Assembly: GCA_963777605.1 (NCBI GenBank)
Contig: CAVZRV010000029.1
Location: 128,001-192,000, forward strand
Source of the DNA: an uncultured Acidobacteriota bacterium
Lineage (GTDB): Bacteria > Acidobacteriota > UBA6911 > RPQK01 > JAPXNP01
Reading direction: 5' to 3'
DNA: 64,000 nt
The position numbers and the translations under genes were made by a program. The notes under the pieces are model-generated. The model saw only the letters and a program-made list of their open reading frames with translations, did not search any database and was not told the origin of the DNA. This document shows positions 9,589-19,090 of this stretch, one piece after another; within the stretch, counting starts at the first letter, position 1; every line of letters begins with the position of its first letter.

Positions 9589-10038
9589 CTACCGATCCTC
9601 GGTTTGCATTTGCTTAGTGATGCGGGTGATCTTCCTGTTGCCTTGGGTATCCACCTGTTCTCTCACGAAGACCACCGTATCGCCCTGGATTCCTTCGATG
9701 TATCCGTTGAACAGCTTGGTCCCTTCCTTTGCGAAGTAACTGATGTCATCGATCCCTCTCAGAACCGCCATCTGGGAGTTGGGTCCCTTGGCGATACCAG
9801 TGACCGTGACTTCTGCGACCAGTAGACCGGCGAGTCCCGGCGGGCGCTGGTCCAGCGGAGGTGGGGCAAGTATCTTGGCGGGTTCGGCCCGTTTGGCTAC
9901 CTTCATCAGGCTCGTGAACGGATCCCGCTTGCCTTCATTGTCGTACTTGATGCCCTGCGCCACGAGCCCGGAACCACCCAACAGCAGCACCGACAAAACC
10001 GCGGCAAGAGCAACCGGCAGTGCAAGTCGCTTCTTCAT
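9589..10038 (-). CDS. pilP: PilP-like pilus assembly protein
   Basis: KRDPF motif and beta-rich C-terminus; position between pilO and pilQ. Confidence 0.75.
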   Translation of the reverse strand: MKKRLALPVALAAVLSVLLLGGSGLVAQGIKYDNEGKRDPFTSLMKVAKRAEPAKILAPPPLDQRPPGLAGLLVAEVTVTGIAKGPNSQMAVLRGIDDISYFAKEGTKLFNGYIEGIQGDTVVFVREQVDTQGNRKITRITKQMQTEDR

Positions 10039-10625
10039 TTCGCCTCCTCAACGGGCGCTGCAGTCTCGTTTTCGAGGTAAACGAACGTGGTGGCTGTGCA
10101 GGTCGCACTCAACGTCCGATCTCGCGAGGCGTCGTCGTCAATCGCCTTCATATTGATGTTGTCCACATTGATGATCCGCGTGAACGCCCCGACCCGCTCA
10201 AAGAAGGTCCCCAGGCTGTCGTAATTGCCTTCCAGGGAGATCATGATCGGCCAGTCTTCGTAGAAATCGTTGTTAACGGTGGCCCGCGGGGTGAAGCTGT
10301 TGATTTTTAAATTGGAATCTACTGCCATCTGCTGGACCTGGCGGATGATCTCGGCAGTCTGCTTCTTTTCCGGCAGAACCTGCCGCAGAAATGAGAGGCG
10401 GGCCTGTTGCTCCTGGACGGCCTGTTTCAGCTCCTGTAGCTGATCTCGGACTCCCTGGCCTGCTGCGACTTCGGCCTCCAGATTCTGGATCTCCAGGTCG
10501 AGATCGGCCAGCTCAGCCTGGAGCGGGCGGATCATGTAGATGTAGAAGACTCCGCAAAGCGCCAGGACCAGGAGACCCAGGATGACAAGCTGTGACTTTT
10601 GGGACAAACGGCTGATTGCTGACAT
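10035..10625 (-). CDS. pilO: Type IV pilus assembly protein PilO
   Basis: N-terminal TM, coiled coil, LPEKKQ, GNYDSLGTFF, RIINV. Confidence 0.9.
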   Translation of the reverse strand: MSAISRLSQKSQLVILGLLVLALCGVFYIYMIRPLQAELADLDLEIQNLEAEVAAGQGVRDQLQELKQAVQEQQARLSFLRQVLPEKKQTAEIIRQVQQMAVDSNLKINSFTPRATVNNDFYEDWPIMISLEGNYDSLGTFFERVGAFTRIINVDNINMKAIDDDASRDRTLSATCTATTFVYLENETAAPVEEAK

Positions 10626-10627
10626 GG

Positions 10628-11173
10628 CTATTGGCTCTTAATGGTGCAGTTCAGGCCGAAGGCCACGCTGTCCTTACGGTCTTCCCAGAATGAAAGTTCG
10701 ACTGTGTCAAAAGGCGGATATTTCGTCAGGTTGGCGATGAAGTCGGCGATCGCGGGGACGTCGAAAGCGTTCCCTTCGATGGTCACCGTCTTCTCCTGCT
10801 GATTCAGGCTGGTCAGCCAGAGACGAGGCTCGGTCGGCATGGCCGCGATCACTCCATTGAGCATCTGGACCGGACCCTTCTGGCTGGAGCGCAATTCTTC
10901 GATGATTGCGGCCCGATCTTCGAGCCGCAGCTTCTGCGCCTGATAGCGTTGCAGTTCCGCCCGGACGGCCGCCAGTTCGAGGCTTTGTTGCTGAAGCTCA
11001 GCCTGGCGGATCTGGGCCACATCCAAAGCCGACGAAAGCTGCCAGTGCCAGGCCAGCACAGCGACAATGGCCACCGCCGCAATGAGCCCAACGTAGAGCT
11101 CCACGCGGGTTTTCTTCGGCACCCAAAGCCGGCGGCGACTACTTGATTCCCGGAGAAGGTTGATTTGAATCAT
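10628..11173 (-). CDS. pilN: Type IV pilus assembly protein PilN
   Basis: MIQINLL PilM-binding motif, TM, coiled coil, LWLTSL. Confidence 0.9.
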   Translation of the reverse strand: MIQINLLRESSSRRRLWVPKKTRVELYVGLIAAVAIVAVLAWHWQLSSALDVAQIRQAELQQQSLELAAVRAELQRYQAQKLRLEDRAAIIEELRSSQKGPVQMLNGVIAAMPTEPRLWLTSLNQQEKTVTIEGNAFDVPAIADFIANLTKYPPFDTVELSFWEDRKDSVAFGLNCTIKSQ

Positions 11174-11178
11174 GTTGC

Positions 11179-12240
11179 TTAGGCCGTACGCAAAGCCAGT
11201 CCGACTGCAATTGCATAGTCGGTCCGGGCGGACTCTGATTCTTCTCCCATCAGGTGGGACTCGACCCCTCCGATCTTCTTGAAGGGATCGAGAAACTCGA
11301 CAGGGAATTGAAATTTGTCCGCGAGTGATTCCCGCAGACCCCGTGTTTTGCTGGCACCCCCGCTAAGCAGCATCTGTTGAATGTCTTCAGCGTAGGTGGT
11401 CGTCTTGAAGTAATCGAGGGTTTTCTCGACTTCGAGGAGCAGGTTTTCGGATACGGAATTGAGAACGCTTTCAACCTGTTCAACGCTTTCGGCCGGGACT
11501 TCGAGCCCGAGCTTGTAGCGTTCCGCTTCCTCGTAAGAGATTCCCAGTTCTTCCTGGAGGAACTCGGTGTACTGGTTGCCCCCGATCGCGATGTCACGGG
11601 TAAACAAGAAATCGGTGCCCCGGATTATGTTGATGTTGGTGGAACTGGCGCCGAGGTCAAGCAGGGCCGCCACGGTGTCCGGTTCAGGGTTGTAATTGAT
11701 TTCGTAAACATTCTGCAGAGCGAATGCGTCAATATCGACCACGGTCGGGATTTTGCCGGCCATCGAAACGACACTGGTGTAGTCGGCAATCTTTTCTTTT
11801 TTTGCGGCAACCAGAATGACCTGGAGTTTCTGGGTTCCCGGTTCGGATTCCAGGACCTGGTAATCAACATTGACTTCGGCGAGGTCAAAAGGAATGTACT
11901 GTTCCGCTTCCCACTGAATCGACTGGGCAAGTTCCTCTTCGGTCATCACCGGAAGCGCGACCTTCTTAACGATGACCGAATGACCCGATATCGAGGTGGC
12001 CACCTTACTATTACGAATCTTCTTTTCTTTAAAGATTCGATCGATGGCTTCGGCCAGAGGAATCTTTGAAATTATAGATCCATCAACGATCGTATCGACC
12101 GGCAGATGGGCCTTTCCCAACGAATCCAGGCGGTACTGGGTGCCGGTCTTCTTGAGGCTTGCAACCTTGACCGCGGATGAGCCGATATCGACCCCCACCA
12201 GGCTCTTTGGCTTTGTTTTTAAAAAGTTCGTCAGAGGCAT
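11179..12240 (-). CDS. pilM: Type IV pilus assembly actin-like protein PilM
   Basis: GVDIGSSAVK, EAEQYIPF, LDLGASST, LSGGAS, AIAVGLALR. Confidence 0.95.
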   Translation of the reverse strand: MPLTNFLKTKPKSLVGVDIGSSAVKVASLKKTGTQYRLDSLGKAHLPVDTIVDGSIISKIPLAEAIDRIFKEKKIRNSKVATSISGHSVIVKKVALPVMTEEELAQSIQWEAEQYIPFDLAEVNVDYQVLESEPGTQKLQVILVAAKKEKIADYTSVVSMAGKIPTVVDIDAFALQNVYEINYNPEPDTVAALLDLGASSTNINIIRGTDFLFTRDIAIGGNQYTEFLQEELGISYEEAERYKLGLEVPAESVEQVESVLNSVSENLLLEVEKTLDYFKTTTYAEDIQQMLLSGGASKTRGLRESLADKFQFPVEFLDPFKKIGGVESHLMGEESESARTDYAIAVGLALRTA

Positions 12241-12633
12241 TTAACCGACTCCTGCAAACCTGCAAATCAATAATTCAGACAAGCGAAATTTTAGTCTTTA
12301 TTGCTGAAAAACAGGTAATCCCGGTCACACTCGTGTGATTTTCTTTTTTCATCTGTACTTAATAACGCTCTACCCTGATAAAAGTGCGAATGGATGTCCG
12401 CGGTTGGAAGATTCGAGCCCGTCTGGGCCCGGGCCTCCAATCGGGGCAAAGAATCAGGTGGGCAAAACAAACCCTGAACCTGTTAAAATGAAGTTTTTAG
12501 GCTTGCGGATGGATTCGCGATAACCGTTGGGATGTCGTTGAGGCTGCCCGGGAAACTGCGGCTGAGGCGGAGCAGGTGACGTTGTACGCCTTTTCTAGTA
12601 AACTGATCCCTCCTTGCTCGGCGAGCCGGGGAC

Positions 12634-12662
12634 TTGACAGTAGTCCCGCGTTTTAGTAATTT
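12634..12662 (+). promoter_or_regulatory. Sigma-70 promoter of the rplM operon
   Basis: TTGACA-N17-TAATTT; the -35 sits inside a GGGACT/AGTCCC inverted repeat. Confidence 0.65.
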
Positions 12663-12706
12663 TCCCGATTTTTAGGATCCTTGACGGACAGGTAAGGTGG
12701 ACAGGG

Positions 12707-13135
12707 ATGAAGACCGTTCTTCCAAAAGTAAATGAGATCGACCGTCAGTGGTACGTTGTCGATGCCGAGGATCAGGTGCTGGGGCGGTTGGCCTCGAAAT
12801 TGGCCATGATCCTGATGGGTAAGGATAAGCCGATCTACACCAACTTCCTCGATACGGGCGATTTTGTGATCGTGGTGAACGCAGATAAGGTTCGCCTGAC
12901 CGGCGACAAGCTGGATGACAAGAAGTACTACCGCCACAGCGGGTATCCGGGTGGCTTGAAAGAAATAAATGCTCGGGACCTGCTTGAGAAGCGGCCGGAG
13001 CAGGTATTGGAATTTGCAGTCAAAGGCATGTTGCCGAAGACCAAGCTGGGGAAGGGCATGCTGAAGCGCCTCAAGGTCTATGCCGGTGAGGAGCATCCCC
13101 ACCAGGCGCAGCAGCCGCGGACGCTTGCATTTTGA
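12707..13135 (+). CDS. rplM: 50S ribosomal protein L13
   Basis: [35 protein letters not shown]. Confidence 0.99.
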   Translation: MKTVLPKVNEIDRQWYVVDAEDQVLGRLASKLAMILMGKDKPIYTNFLDTGDFVIVVNADKVRLTGDKLDDKKYYRHSGYPGGLKEINARDLLEKRPEQVLEFAVKGMLPKTKLGKGMLKRLKVYAGEEHPHQAQQPRTLAF

Positions 13136-13146
13136 GGAGTTGACTC

Positions 13147-13539
13147 TTGGAAAAGATCCAGTATTACGGCACGGGTAAACGTAAGACTTCGACGGCCCGG
13201 GTTTTTCTGATGCCGGGAACCGGGCAGGTTGTGGTTAATCAGATCGATCATTTGGAATACTTTCGCAACCGCAGCGAACAGTTCATGGTGACTCAGCCGC
13301 TTGTCGTTACGGAAAGTAAAGACAAATTCGACGTCTACGTTAACGTAAAGGGCGGCGGTTCCATGGGGCAGGCCGGGGCGGTTCGGTTAGGGATTTCCCG
13401 AGCGCTGCTCGAGTTTGACTCGGAGCTGCGGCAGTCATTGAAGAAAGCCGGTTTTCTGACTAGGGATCCGCGCCAGAAAGAGCGGAAGAAGTACGGTCAG
13501 CCCGGCGCAAGAAAACGCTATCAATTCTCGAAGAGGTAA
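13147..13539 (+). CDS. rpsI: 30S ribosomal protein S9 (TTG start)
   Basis: [32 protein letters not shown]. Confidence 0.99.
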   Translation: MEKIQYYGTGKRKTSTARVFLMPGTGQVVVNQIDHLEYFRNRSEQFMVTQPLVVTESKDKFDVYVNVKGGGSMGQAGAVRLGISRALLEFDSELRQSLKKAGFLTRDPRQKERKKYGQPGARKRYQFSKR

Positions 13540-13552
13540 TGAGGAGGGTCGT

Positions 13553-14785
13553 TTGAGCGCGATTTCGATCAAGCAATTGCTGGAAGCGGGTGTCCATTTT
13601 GGACACCAGACGAGCCGATGGAACCCGAAGATGCGGGAATACATCTTCGGGGACCGCAACGGCATTCACATCGTCGATTTGCAGAAGACCCTCAGACTCT
13701 TTAAGGAAGCGGTGGACTTCCTGACGGACCTCGGTGCTCAGGGCAAGCAAATCCTGTTCGTCGGTACTAAGCGGCAGGCCCAGGAGGCAATAGAGGAAGA
13801 CTCCTTGCGGTGCGGGATGCACTTCGTCACCAACCGCTGGCTTGGCGGTCTCCTGACGAACTTCGAGACGGTCCGGAACAGTATCAAGCGCTATAAGGAG
13901 CTGGATGCTCTGAAGGCCGAAGGGTACGACACCAAATTCTCCTCCAAGAAGGAGATTGCAAAGCTCGAGCGGCAACGGAAGAAGCTGGAGAAGAACCTCC
14001 GCGGTATCCGGAACCTGGAGCGGTTGCCCGATGCCCTCTTCGTGATCGACTCCGACAAGGAACAGATTGCGGTTATGGAAGCCCGGCGTTTGGGTATTCC
14101 CGTGATCGCAGTTGTCGACACGAACTGTGACCCGGATATCGTGGACTACGTGATTCCCGGCAACGACGACGCCCTTCGTTCCGTCAAGTTGTTTACGTCG
14201 ACGGTATCCGATGCGGTCGCGGCCGGCCGGTCGATTTGGGATGCCAAGGTGGCTGAAGAGCGCCGGGCCCGTGAAGAGGCCGAGCGTGAACAGGCGGCCA
14301 AGGCGGCTGCAGCCAGGGCTGCGGCCGACGCTCGCCGTGCCGAACGCGAGCGAGAGCGGAAGGCGGCAGCAGAAGCTGCCAAGGCGGCGGCAGCAGAAGC
14401 TGCCAAGGCCGAGGCCGAGGCCGCCAAGAAGGTTAAGGCGGAGAAGGCCGCCGCAGCCGAGGCTTCCTCCGAAGCTTCGACCCCGGTGAAAGCTGAAAAA
14501 GCTTCCTCCGAAGCTTCGGCCCCGGTGAAAGCTGAAAAGGCTTCCTCCGAAGCTCCGGCCCCGGTGAAAGCTGAAAAGGTTGAGACTGAGGCCGAGGCGC
14601 CGGAAGCAACCCCGGACAAGAAACCTTCGGGTCCGCGTAAGAGTACTACTCGCAAGGCGGCTGCCAAATCGGCCGATGCGGGAAAGGCCGAAGAGGTGGA
14701 GGCCCCCTCGGCGACAGCTTCCGAAGACGGCAAGGCTGCCGAGGAAACGGGCCAGGATACGGATAAAGTCGCAACTGAGCCCTGA
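13553..14785 (+). CDS. rpsB: 30S ribosomal protein S2 with long Ala/Glu/Lys-rich C-terminal extension (TTG start)
   Basis: [34 protein letters not shown]; ~180-aa low-complexity tail. Confidence 0.98.
   Translation: MSAISIKQLLEAGVHFGHQTSRWNPKMREYIFGDRNGIHIVDLQKTLRLFKEAVDFLTDLGAQGKQILFVGTKRQAQEAIEEDSLRCGMHFVTNRWLGGLLTNFETVRNSIKRYKELDALKAEGYDTKFSSKKEIAKLERQRKKLEKNLRGIRNLERLPDALFVIDSDKEQIAVMEARRLGIPVIAVVDTNCDPDIVDYVIPGNDDALRSVKLFTSTVSDAVAAGRSIWDAKVAEERRAREEAEREQAAKAAAARAAADARRAERERERKAAAEAAKAAAAEAAKAEAEAAKKVKAEKAAAAEASSEASTPVKAEKASSEASAPVKAEKASSEAPAPVKAEKVETEAEAPEATPDKKPSGPRKSTTRKAAAKSADAGKAEEVEAPSATASEDGKAAEETGQDTDKVATEP
14462..14578 (+). repeat. Three 39-bp tandem repeats within rpsB (ASSEA[S/P][T/A]PVKAEK)
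   Basis: GCTTCCTCCGAAGCTTCGACCCCGGTGAAAGCTGAAAAA-type units starting at 14462, 14501 and 14540. Confidence 0.95.
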
Positions 14786-14862
14786 GGTCGGGTACCGCCT
14801 CTGCGTACGAAACGGACGGTGCAGTGCGGCGAAGCAGACGCCGGTCCGGATAGAACTCACCC

Positions 14863-14901
14863 AAGCCAGGGATTGGCCGGCTGAAGGGCCGATCCCTGCT
14901 T
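14863..14901 (+). terminator. Stem-loop between rpsB and tsf (weak terminator or stabiliser)
   Basis: CAGGGATTGGCC/GGCCGATCCCTG 12-bp stem with one G-U pair; poor U tract. Confidence 0.45.
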
Positions 14902-14943
14902 CAAGCCTTTGTGAATCATGGTGTTTCAACAACGGAGGATGTG

Positions 14944-15540
14944 ATGGCGATATCGGCACAGCAGGTTAAGGAACTGCGTGAGAAGACGGGCGCCGGAATG
15001 ATGGAGTGCAAGAGCGCCCTGGTCGAGACGGACGGGAATCTGGATGCGGCCGTGAAGATTCTGCGGGAGCGGGGACTGGCAGCAGCTGCGAAGAAAGCCG
15101 GGCGGTCGACGCGCGAAGGGCTGGTCGGCCAGTACATCCATGCCGGCGGGAAGTTGGGCGTGCTGGTTGAGGTCAATTGCGAAACCGATTTCGTGGCCCG
15201 AACAGAGGAATTTGCCGAGTTGGTCAAGGACCTGGCGATGCAGATCGCGGCGGCAAACCCCCTCTACGTCCGCCGCGAGGACGTCCCTGAGGCAGTGCTG
15301 GCCCAGGAGAAGGAGATCCTCCACAAGCAGGCGGCCGGCGAAGGGAAACCGGCTCACATCGCCGACAAAATTGTTGAAGGACGCCTGAATAAATATTATG
15401 CTGACGTTTGCCTTTACGAGCAGACGTTTATCCGGGATAACGATCTGACGGTGGAGCAGCTGATCAAGAGCAAGATCGCGATCATCAAAGAAAACATTTC
15501 GGTAAACCGTTTCGTCAGGTTTCAGGTCGGCGAAGAGTAG
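14944..15540 (+). CDS. tsf: Elongation factor Ts (short form)
   Basis: VKELREKTGAGMMECK, EVNCETDFVA; GGAGGA SD. Confidence 0.98.
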   Translation: MAISAQQVKELREKTGAGMMECKSALVETDGNLDAAVKILRERGLAAAAKKAGRSTREGLVGQYIHAGGKLGVLVEVNCETDFVARTEEFAELVKDLAMQIAAANPLYVRREDVPEAVLAQEKEILHKQAAGEGKPAHIADKIVEGRLNKYYADVCLYEQTFIRDNDLTVEQLIKSKIAIIKENISVNRFVRFQVGEE

Positions 15541-15635
15541 TCCTGAACATTTGTGTTGTCTGCTGAAGCAGAGATTATGGCTCCCCGGTCCTCGCAGGGA
15601 GCCTTGCGAATTGGACGGGGAGTTAAGGAGATCGC

Positions 15636-16406
15636 ATGTCGGGTGACACAGTCGGGAACCGTGAAGTTCCTGTTGTCGAGCCTGCGTCTCTGGAAGCCGC
15701 CGTTTACGATCGTGTCCTCATCAAGTTGAGTGGGGAGGCCCTCATGGGCGCCCTGAACTTCGGGATCGATCCGCCTGCCGTAGAGGACATTGCCCGCCAG
15801 ATCAAAGAAGTTCATCAACTCGGCGTTGAAGTAGCCATTGTCGTTGGCGGCGGAAACATGATCCGTGGCGCCAATGTTGCGGAAGCCGGATGGGACAGGG
15901 CCACCGGTGACTACATGGGAATGCTGGCGACTGTGATCAACGCACTCTCACTTCAGAATTCTCTGGAGAAGCTGGGGATATTCACCCGAGTCCTGAGTGC
16001 CATCCACATGGCTGAAGTGGCCGAGCCGTTCATCCGGCGGAGGGCAATCCGGCACCTGGAGAAGAAGCGGGTCGTTATCTTCGCGGGAGGGACGGGCAAC
16101 CCGTACTTCACCACCGACACCGCGGCGGCGCTGCGAGCCATGGAGATCCGGGCGCAGGTGATCATCAAGGCGACCAAGGTCGATGGGGTCTATGATTGTG
16201 ACCCGGTCCACAACGAAAATGCCGTGCGCTTCGAAGAGTTGACCTACTTTGAGGTGTTGAAACAGAACCTCAGGGTGATGGATGCTACTGCGATCGCGCT
16301 TTGCAGCGACAACAAACTCCCGATTGTTGTCCTCAACCTGTTCCAGCGGGGGAGTATCCGGCGGGCCGTCCTCGGTCACAAGGTCGGTTCTCTGATCCGG
16401 ACCTAG
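15636..16406 (+). CDS. pyrH: UMP kinase
   Basis: [29 protein letters not shown]. Confidence 0.98.
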   Translation: MSGDTVGNREVPVVEPASLEAAVYDRVLIKLSGEALMGALNFGIDPPAVEDIARQIKEVHQLGVEVAIVVGGGNMIRGANVAEAGWDRATGDYMGMLATVINALSLQNSLEKLGIFTRVLSAIHMAEVAEPFIRRRAIRHLEKKRVVIFAGGTGNPYFTTDTAAALRAMEIRAQVIIKATKVDGVYDCDPVHNENAVRFEELTYFEVLKQNLRVMDATAIALCSDNKLPIVVLNLFQRGSIRRAVLGHKVGSLIRT

Positions 16407-16417
16407 TGGAGACGCTT

Positions 16418-16975
16418 ATGACGAATGAAGTGTTGGCTGATACCCGACGACGTATGCAGAAAACGGTGGAAGATCTGAGCCAGCAACTGGCCACAATTCG
16501 CACGGGAAGAGCTTCGGTTCATTTGCTCGATCATCTGATGGTCGATTACTATGGGACTCTAACGCCCGTCAACCAGTTGGCTACCCTCCATGCCCCGGAA
16601 GCCAATCTGATCACCGTGCAGCCTTGGGATATTTCCCAGATCAATCAGATTGAGAAGGCCATCATGGCATCGGATCTCGGGCTGAATCCGAGCAATGACG
16701 GCAAGATTGTTCGCATTCCCATTCCGCAGTTGACCGAAGAGAGGCGCCGGTCACTGGCCAAGCAGGTCGGCAAGATTGCCGAGGATCATCGGACTGCAGT
16801 TCGGCAGGTCCGCCGGGATGCCAACGATAGGCTGAAGAAGTTGCAGAAGGACAAGGAAATCTCCGAGGACGATGAGTTCAAAGGGTTGGATGAGGTCCAG
16901 AAGGCCACGGATGAATTCATCAGCAACGTCGATGCCCTGGCCAAGGCCAAGGAAGACGAGATCCTGAACGACTGA
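16418..16975 (+). CDS. frr: Ribosome recycling factor
   Basis: IRTGRA, DYYG, LGLNPSNDG, LTEERR; start moved to ATG 16418. Confidence 0.98.
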   Translation: MTNEVLADTRRRMQKTVEDLSQQLATIRTGRASVHLLDHLMVDYYGTLTPVNQLATLHAPEANLITVQPWDISQINQIEKAIMASDLGLNPSNDGKIVRIPIPQLTEERRRSLAKQVGKIAEDHRTAVRQVRRDANDRLKKLQKDKEISEDDEFKGLDEVQKATDEFISNVDALAKAKEDEILND

Positions 16976-17197
16976 TCAGCCGTGGGGTGCGACGGGTTCG
17001 TAGGCCGGTCGGCGAGTTCGAAATGGGGTTCGAATCGGCTCCCACCCCCAACCAGGGCTGGCTGGGTGACATTCCTGGTTGAATGCCTCGAAAACTCCGG
17101 CTGAGTCCCTTTTGTGAAGCTCCTCGTCGCCGGTTCGTCCAATCCTCATTCCAATAATTCTTCAAAGTTGAGACCCGCCGTCTGTCATCAGATCCTC

Positions 17198-17206
17198 TGC
17201 TATAAT
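17198..17206 (+). promoter_or_regulatory. Extended -10 promoter for lepB-carAB
   Basis: TGCTATAAT 44 bp before the lepB start. Confidence 0.6.
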
Positions 17207-17250
17207 CGCCTGTTGAACAACAACCAGGACTTGTCCCAGGCGCCAGTGGA

Positions 17251-17829
17251 ATGACCGAAGAGAAAGAGGTGCGGCTCGAACAGCAACCTTCCCATGAGAC
17301 GATGCCCCAAGCCTCATTGCTGGGAGAGTTGAAGAGCTGGGTTCGAGATATTGTTTTTGCGGCTCTCACTGCGGTGCTCATTGTCGTATTCGTGATTCAG
17401 CCGGTTAAAGTTGAAGGCACCAGCATGCAGCCACGCCTCTACGACCAGGAGCGGATTTTCGTCAACAAGTTCGTGTACCGGCTTTCCGAAATCGACCGCG
17501 AGGATATCGTGGTCTTCTGGTATCCGAGAGACACTGGCAAGTCCTTCATTAAACGGGTTATCGGCCTCCCCGGCGAAGAAGTCTACATTCGTGACGGAAT
17601 CGTCTATATAAACGGGGAAGTGCTGCACGAGCCCTATGTTCCCCTCGAGTACTTCGACCCCTCATCGTTCGGTCCCGTTGTTGTTCCTGAACACGCCTAC
17701 TTCGTCCTCGGGGACCATCGCAACTCGAGCAATGACAGCCGGAACTGGGGGATGGTCCCGGCACGAAATGTCTTTGGCAAGGCGGTCTTGAGATACTGGC
17801 CTCTGGCCAGGTTCGGTTTGATCGACTAG
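17251..17829 (+). CDS. lepB: Signal peptidase I
   Basis: TM helix, GTSMQP (Ser), FIKRVIGLPG (Lys), GDHRNSSNDSR. Confidence 0.95.
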   Translation: MTEEKEVRLEQQPSHETMPQASLLGELKSWVRDIVFAALTAVLIVVFVIQPVKVEGTSMQPRLYDQERIFVNKFVYRLSEIDREDIVVFWYPRDTGKSFIKRVIGLPGEEVYIRDGIVYINGEVLHEPYVPLEYFDPSSFGPVVVPEHAYFVLGDHRNSSNDSRNWGMVPARNVFGKAVLRYWPLARFGLID

Positions 17830-17844
17830 GATTCAGAGTTCTTC

Positions 17845-18963
17845 ATGACGACTAAGGAAAAATCGAGAACAGTACTCTACCTTGAGAACGGCTCGCTGTA
17901 CGAGGGTTCCTCCTTTGGTGCGGTCGGCGAGCAGCTTGGAGAGGTGGTGTTCAACACGTCGATGACGGGTTACCAGGAGATCCTGACGGATCCCTCCTAC
18001 GCGGGTCAAATCGTGGTCATGACCCAGCCCGAAATCGGTAACTACGGTACCAACCGGGAAGACACCGAGTCACGGCAGCCCTTTGTTAGGGGGTTCGTGG
18101 TTCGCGAGTGCAGCCGGTTGTACAGCAACTGGAGAGCGGACGAAGGGCTCTCGGACTACCTGGCTTCTCACGGGATCTGTGGGATCGCGGATATCGACAC
18201 TCGAAAGCTGGTTCGAGAGATCCGGGAGGTCGGAGCGATGCGGGGGATCATCTCCGCTCGTGACTTCGACCCCGAGGTGCTGGCCGGGAAGGTTCAGTCC
18301 CACCCCCCCATGGCTGGAAGTGACTACGTCCGGACCGTCACCTCCGAGTCCAGCTACGGATGGGAGACTGAGGAGCCCCGATTCCGTGTCGTTGCCTACG
18401 ATTTTGGGATCAAGTCGAACATACTGCGATCCCTCTCAGCGAGAGGATGCAACCTCACGGTCGTTCCGGCCCGCACCTCTTCGAGCGAAGTACTGGGGCT
18501 GAAGCCGGACGGAGTTTTTCTTTCCAACGGTCCAGGCGACCCCGAACCGCTCGATTACGCAGTTGACAGTGTCCGCGGCCTGATTGGCAGAGTCCCTCTT
18601 TTCGGAATCTGCCTTGGCCACCAGATCCTGGGACTGGCCTTGGGAGGGCGGACGTTCAAACTGAAATTTGGTCATCGGGGAGCTAACCAGCCGGTCAAGA
18701 ACCTGAGGACGGGCCGCGTCGAGATCACGAGCCAGAATCACGGGTTTGCGGTAGACCCCGGTTCGCTCAACCCGGACATCGCGGAGTTGACTCACGTCAA
18801 CCTCAACGACCAGACCGTCGAGGGGCTGAGACACCGCAGCGAACCGGCGTTCTCGGTTCAGTATCACCCGGAAGCCTCCCCCGGGCCCCACGATTCCTAC
18901 TACCTTTTCGACGACTTTGTTGAGTTGATGGCGGAGTGCAGGAAAGGCGATCCGAAACCCTAG
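17845..18963 (+). CDS. carA: Carbamoyl-phosphate synthase small subunit
   Basis: [36 protein letters not shown]. Confidence 0.98.
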   Translation: MTTKEKSRTVLYLENGSLYEGSSFGAVGEQLGEVVFNTSMTGYQEILTDPSYAGQIVVMTQPEIGNYGTNREDTESRQPFVRGFVVRECSRLYSNWRADEGLSDYLASHGICGIADIDTRKLVREIREVGAMRGIISARDFDPEVLAGKVQSHPPMAGSDYVRTVTSESSYGWETEEPRFRVVAYDFGIKSNILRSLSARGCNLTVVPARTSSSEVLGLKPDGVFLSNGPGDPEPLDYAVDSVRGLIGRVPLFGICLGHQILGLALGGRTFKLKFGHRGANQPVKNLRTGRVEITSQNHGFAVDPGSLNPDIAELTHVNLNDQTVEGLRHRSEPAFSVQYHPEASPGPHDSYYLFDDFVELMAECRKGDPKP

Positions 18964-19090
18964 CCCCCGTTTCCGCTCAGTCACTTCGCTTCACCCAGCC
19001 TCGCATCGGAGAAGGGCCGACTCGAAGGGCCAGGACGCGGTAACAATAAATTGAGCGTGCCAGAATCGATACATTCAACCGGAATCTGAT

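Noticed and set aside
14462-14578. Tandem repeat as CRISPR
   Set aside because: No spacers; it is an in-frame coding repeat within rpsB
13460-14959. Long antisense ORFs (also 20516-22252, 37914-39341, 51834-53054 and others)
   Set aside because: Shadow frames of well-supported genes in GC-rich DNA; no motifs
17025-17049. GGTTCGAATC resembling a tRNA T-loop
   Set aside because: No T-stem pairing, acceptor stem or anticodon arm can be formed
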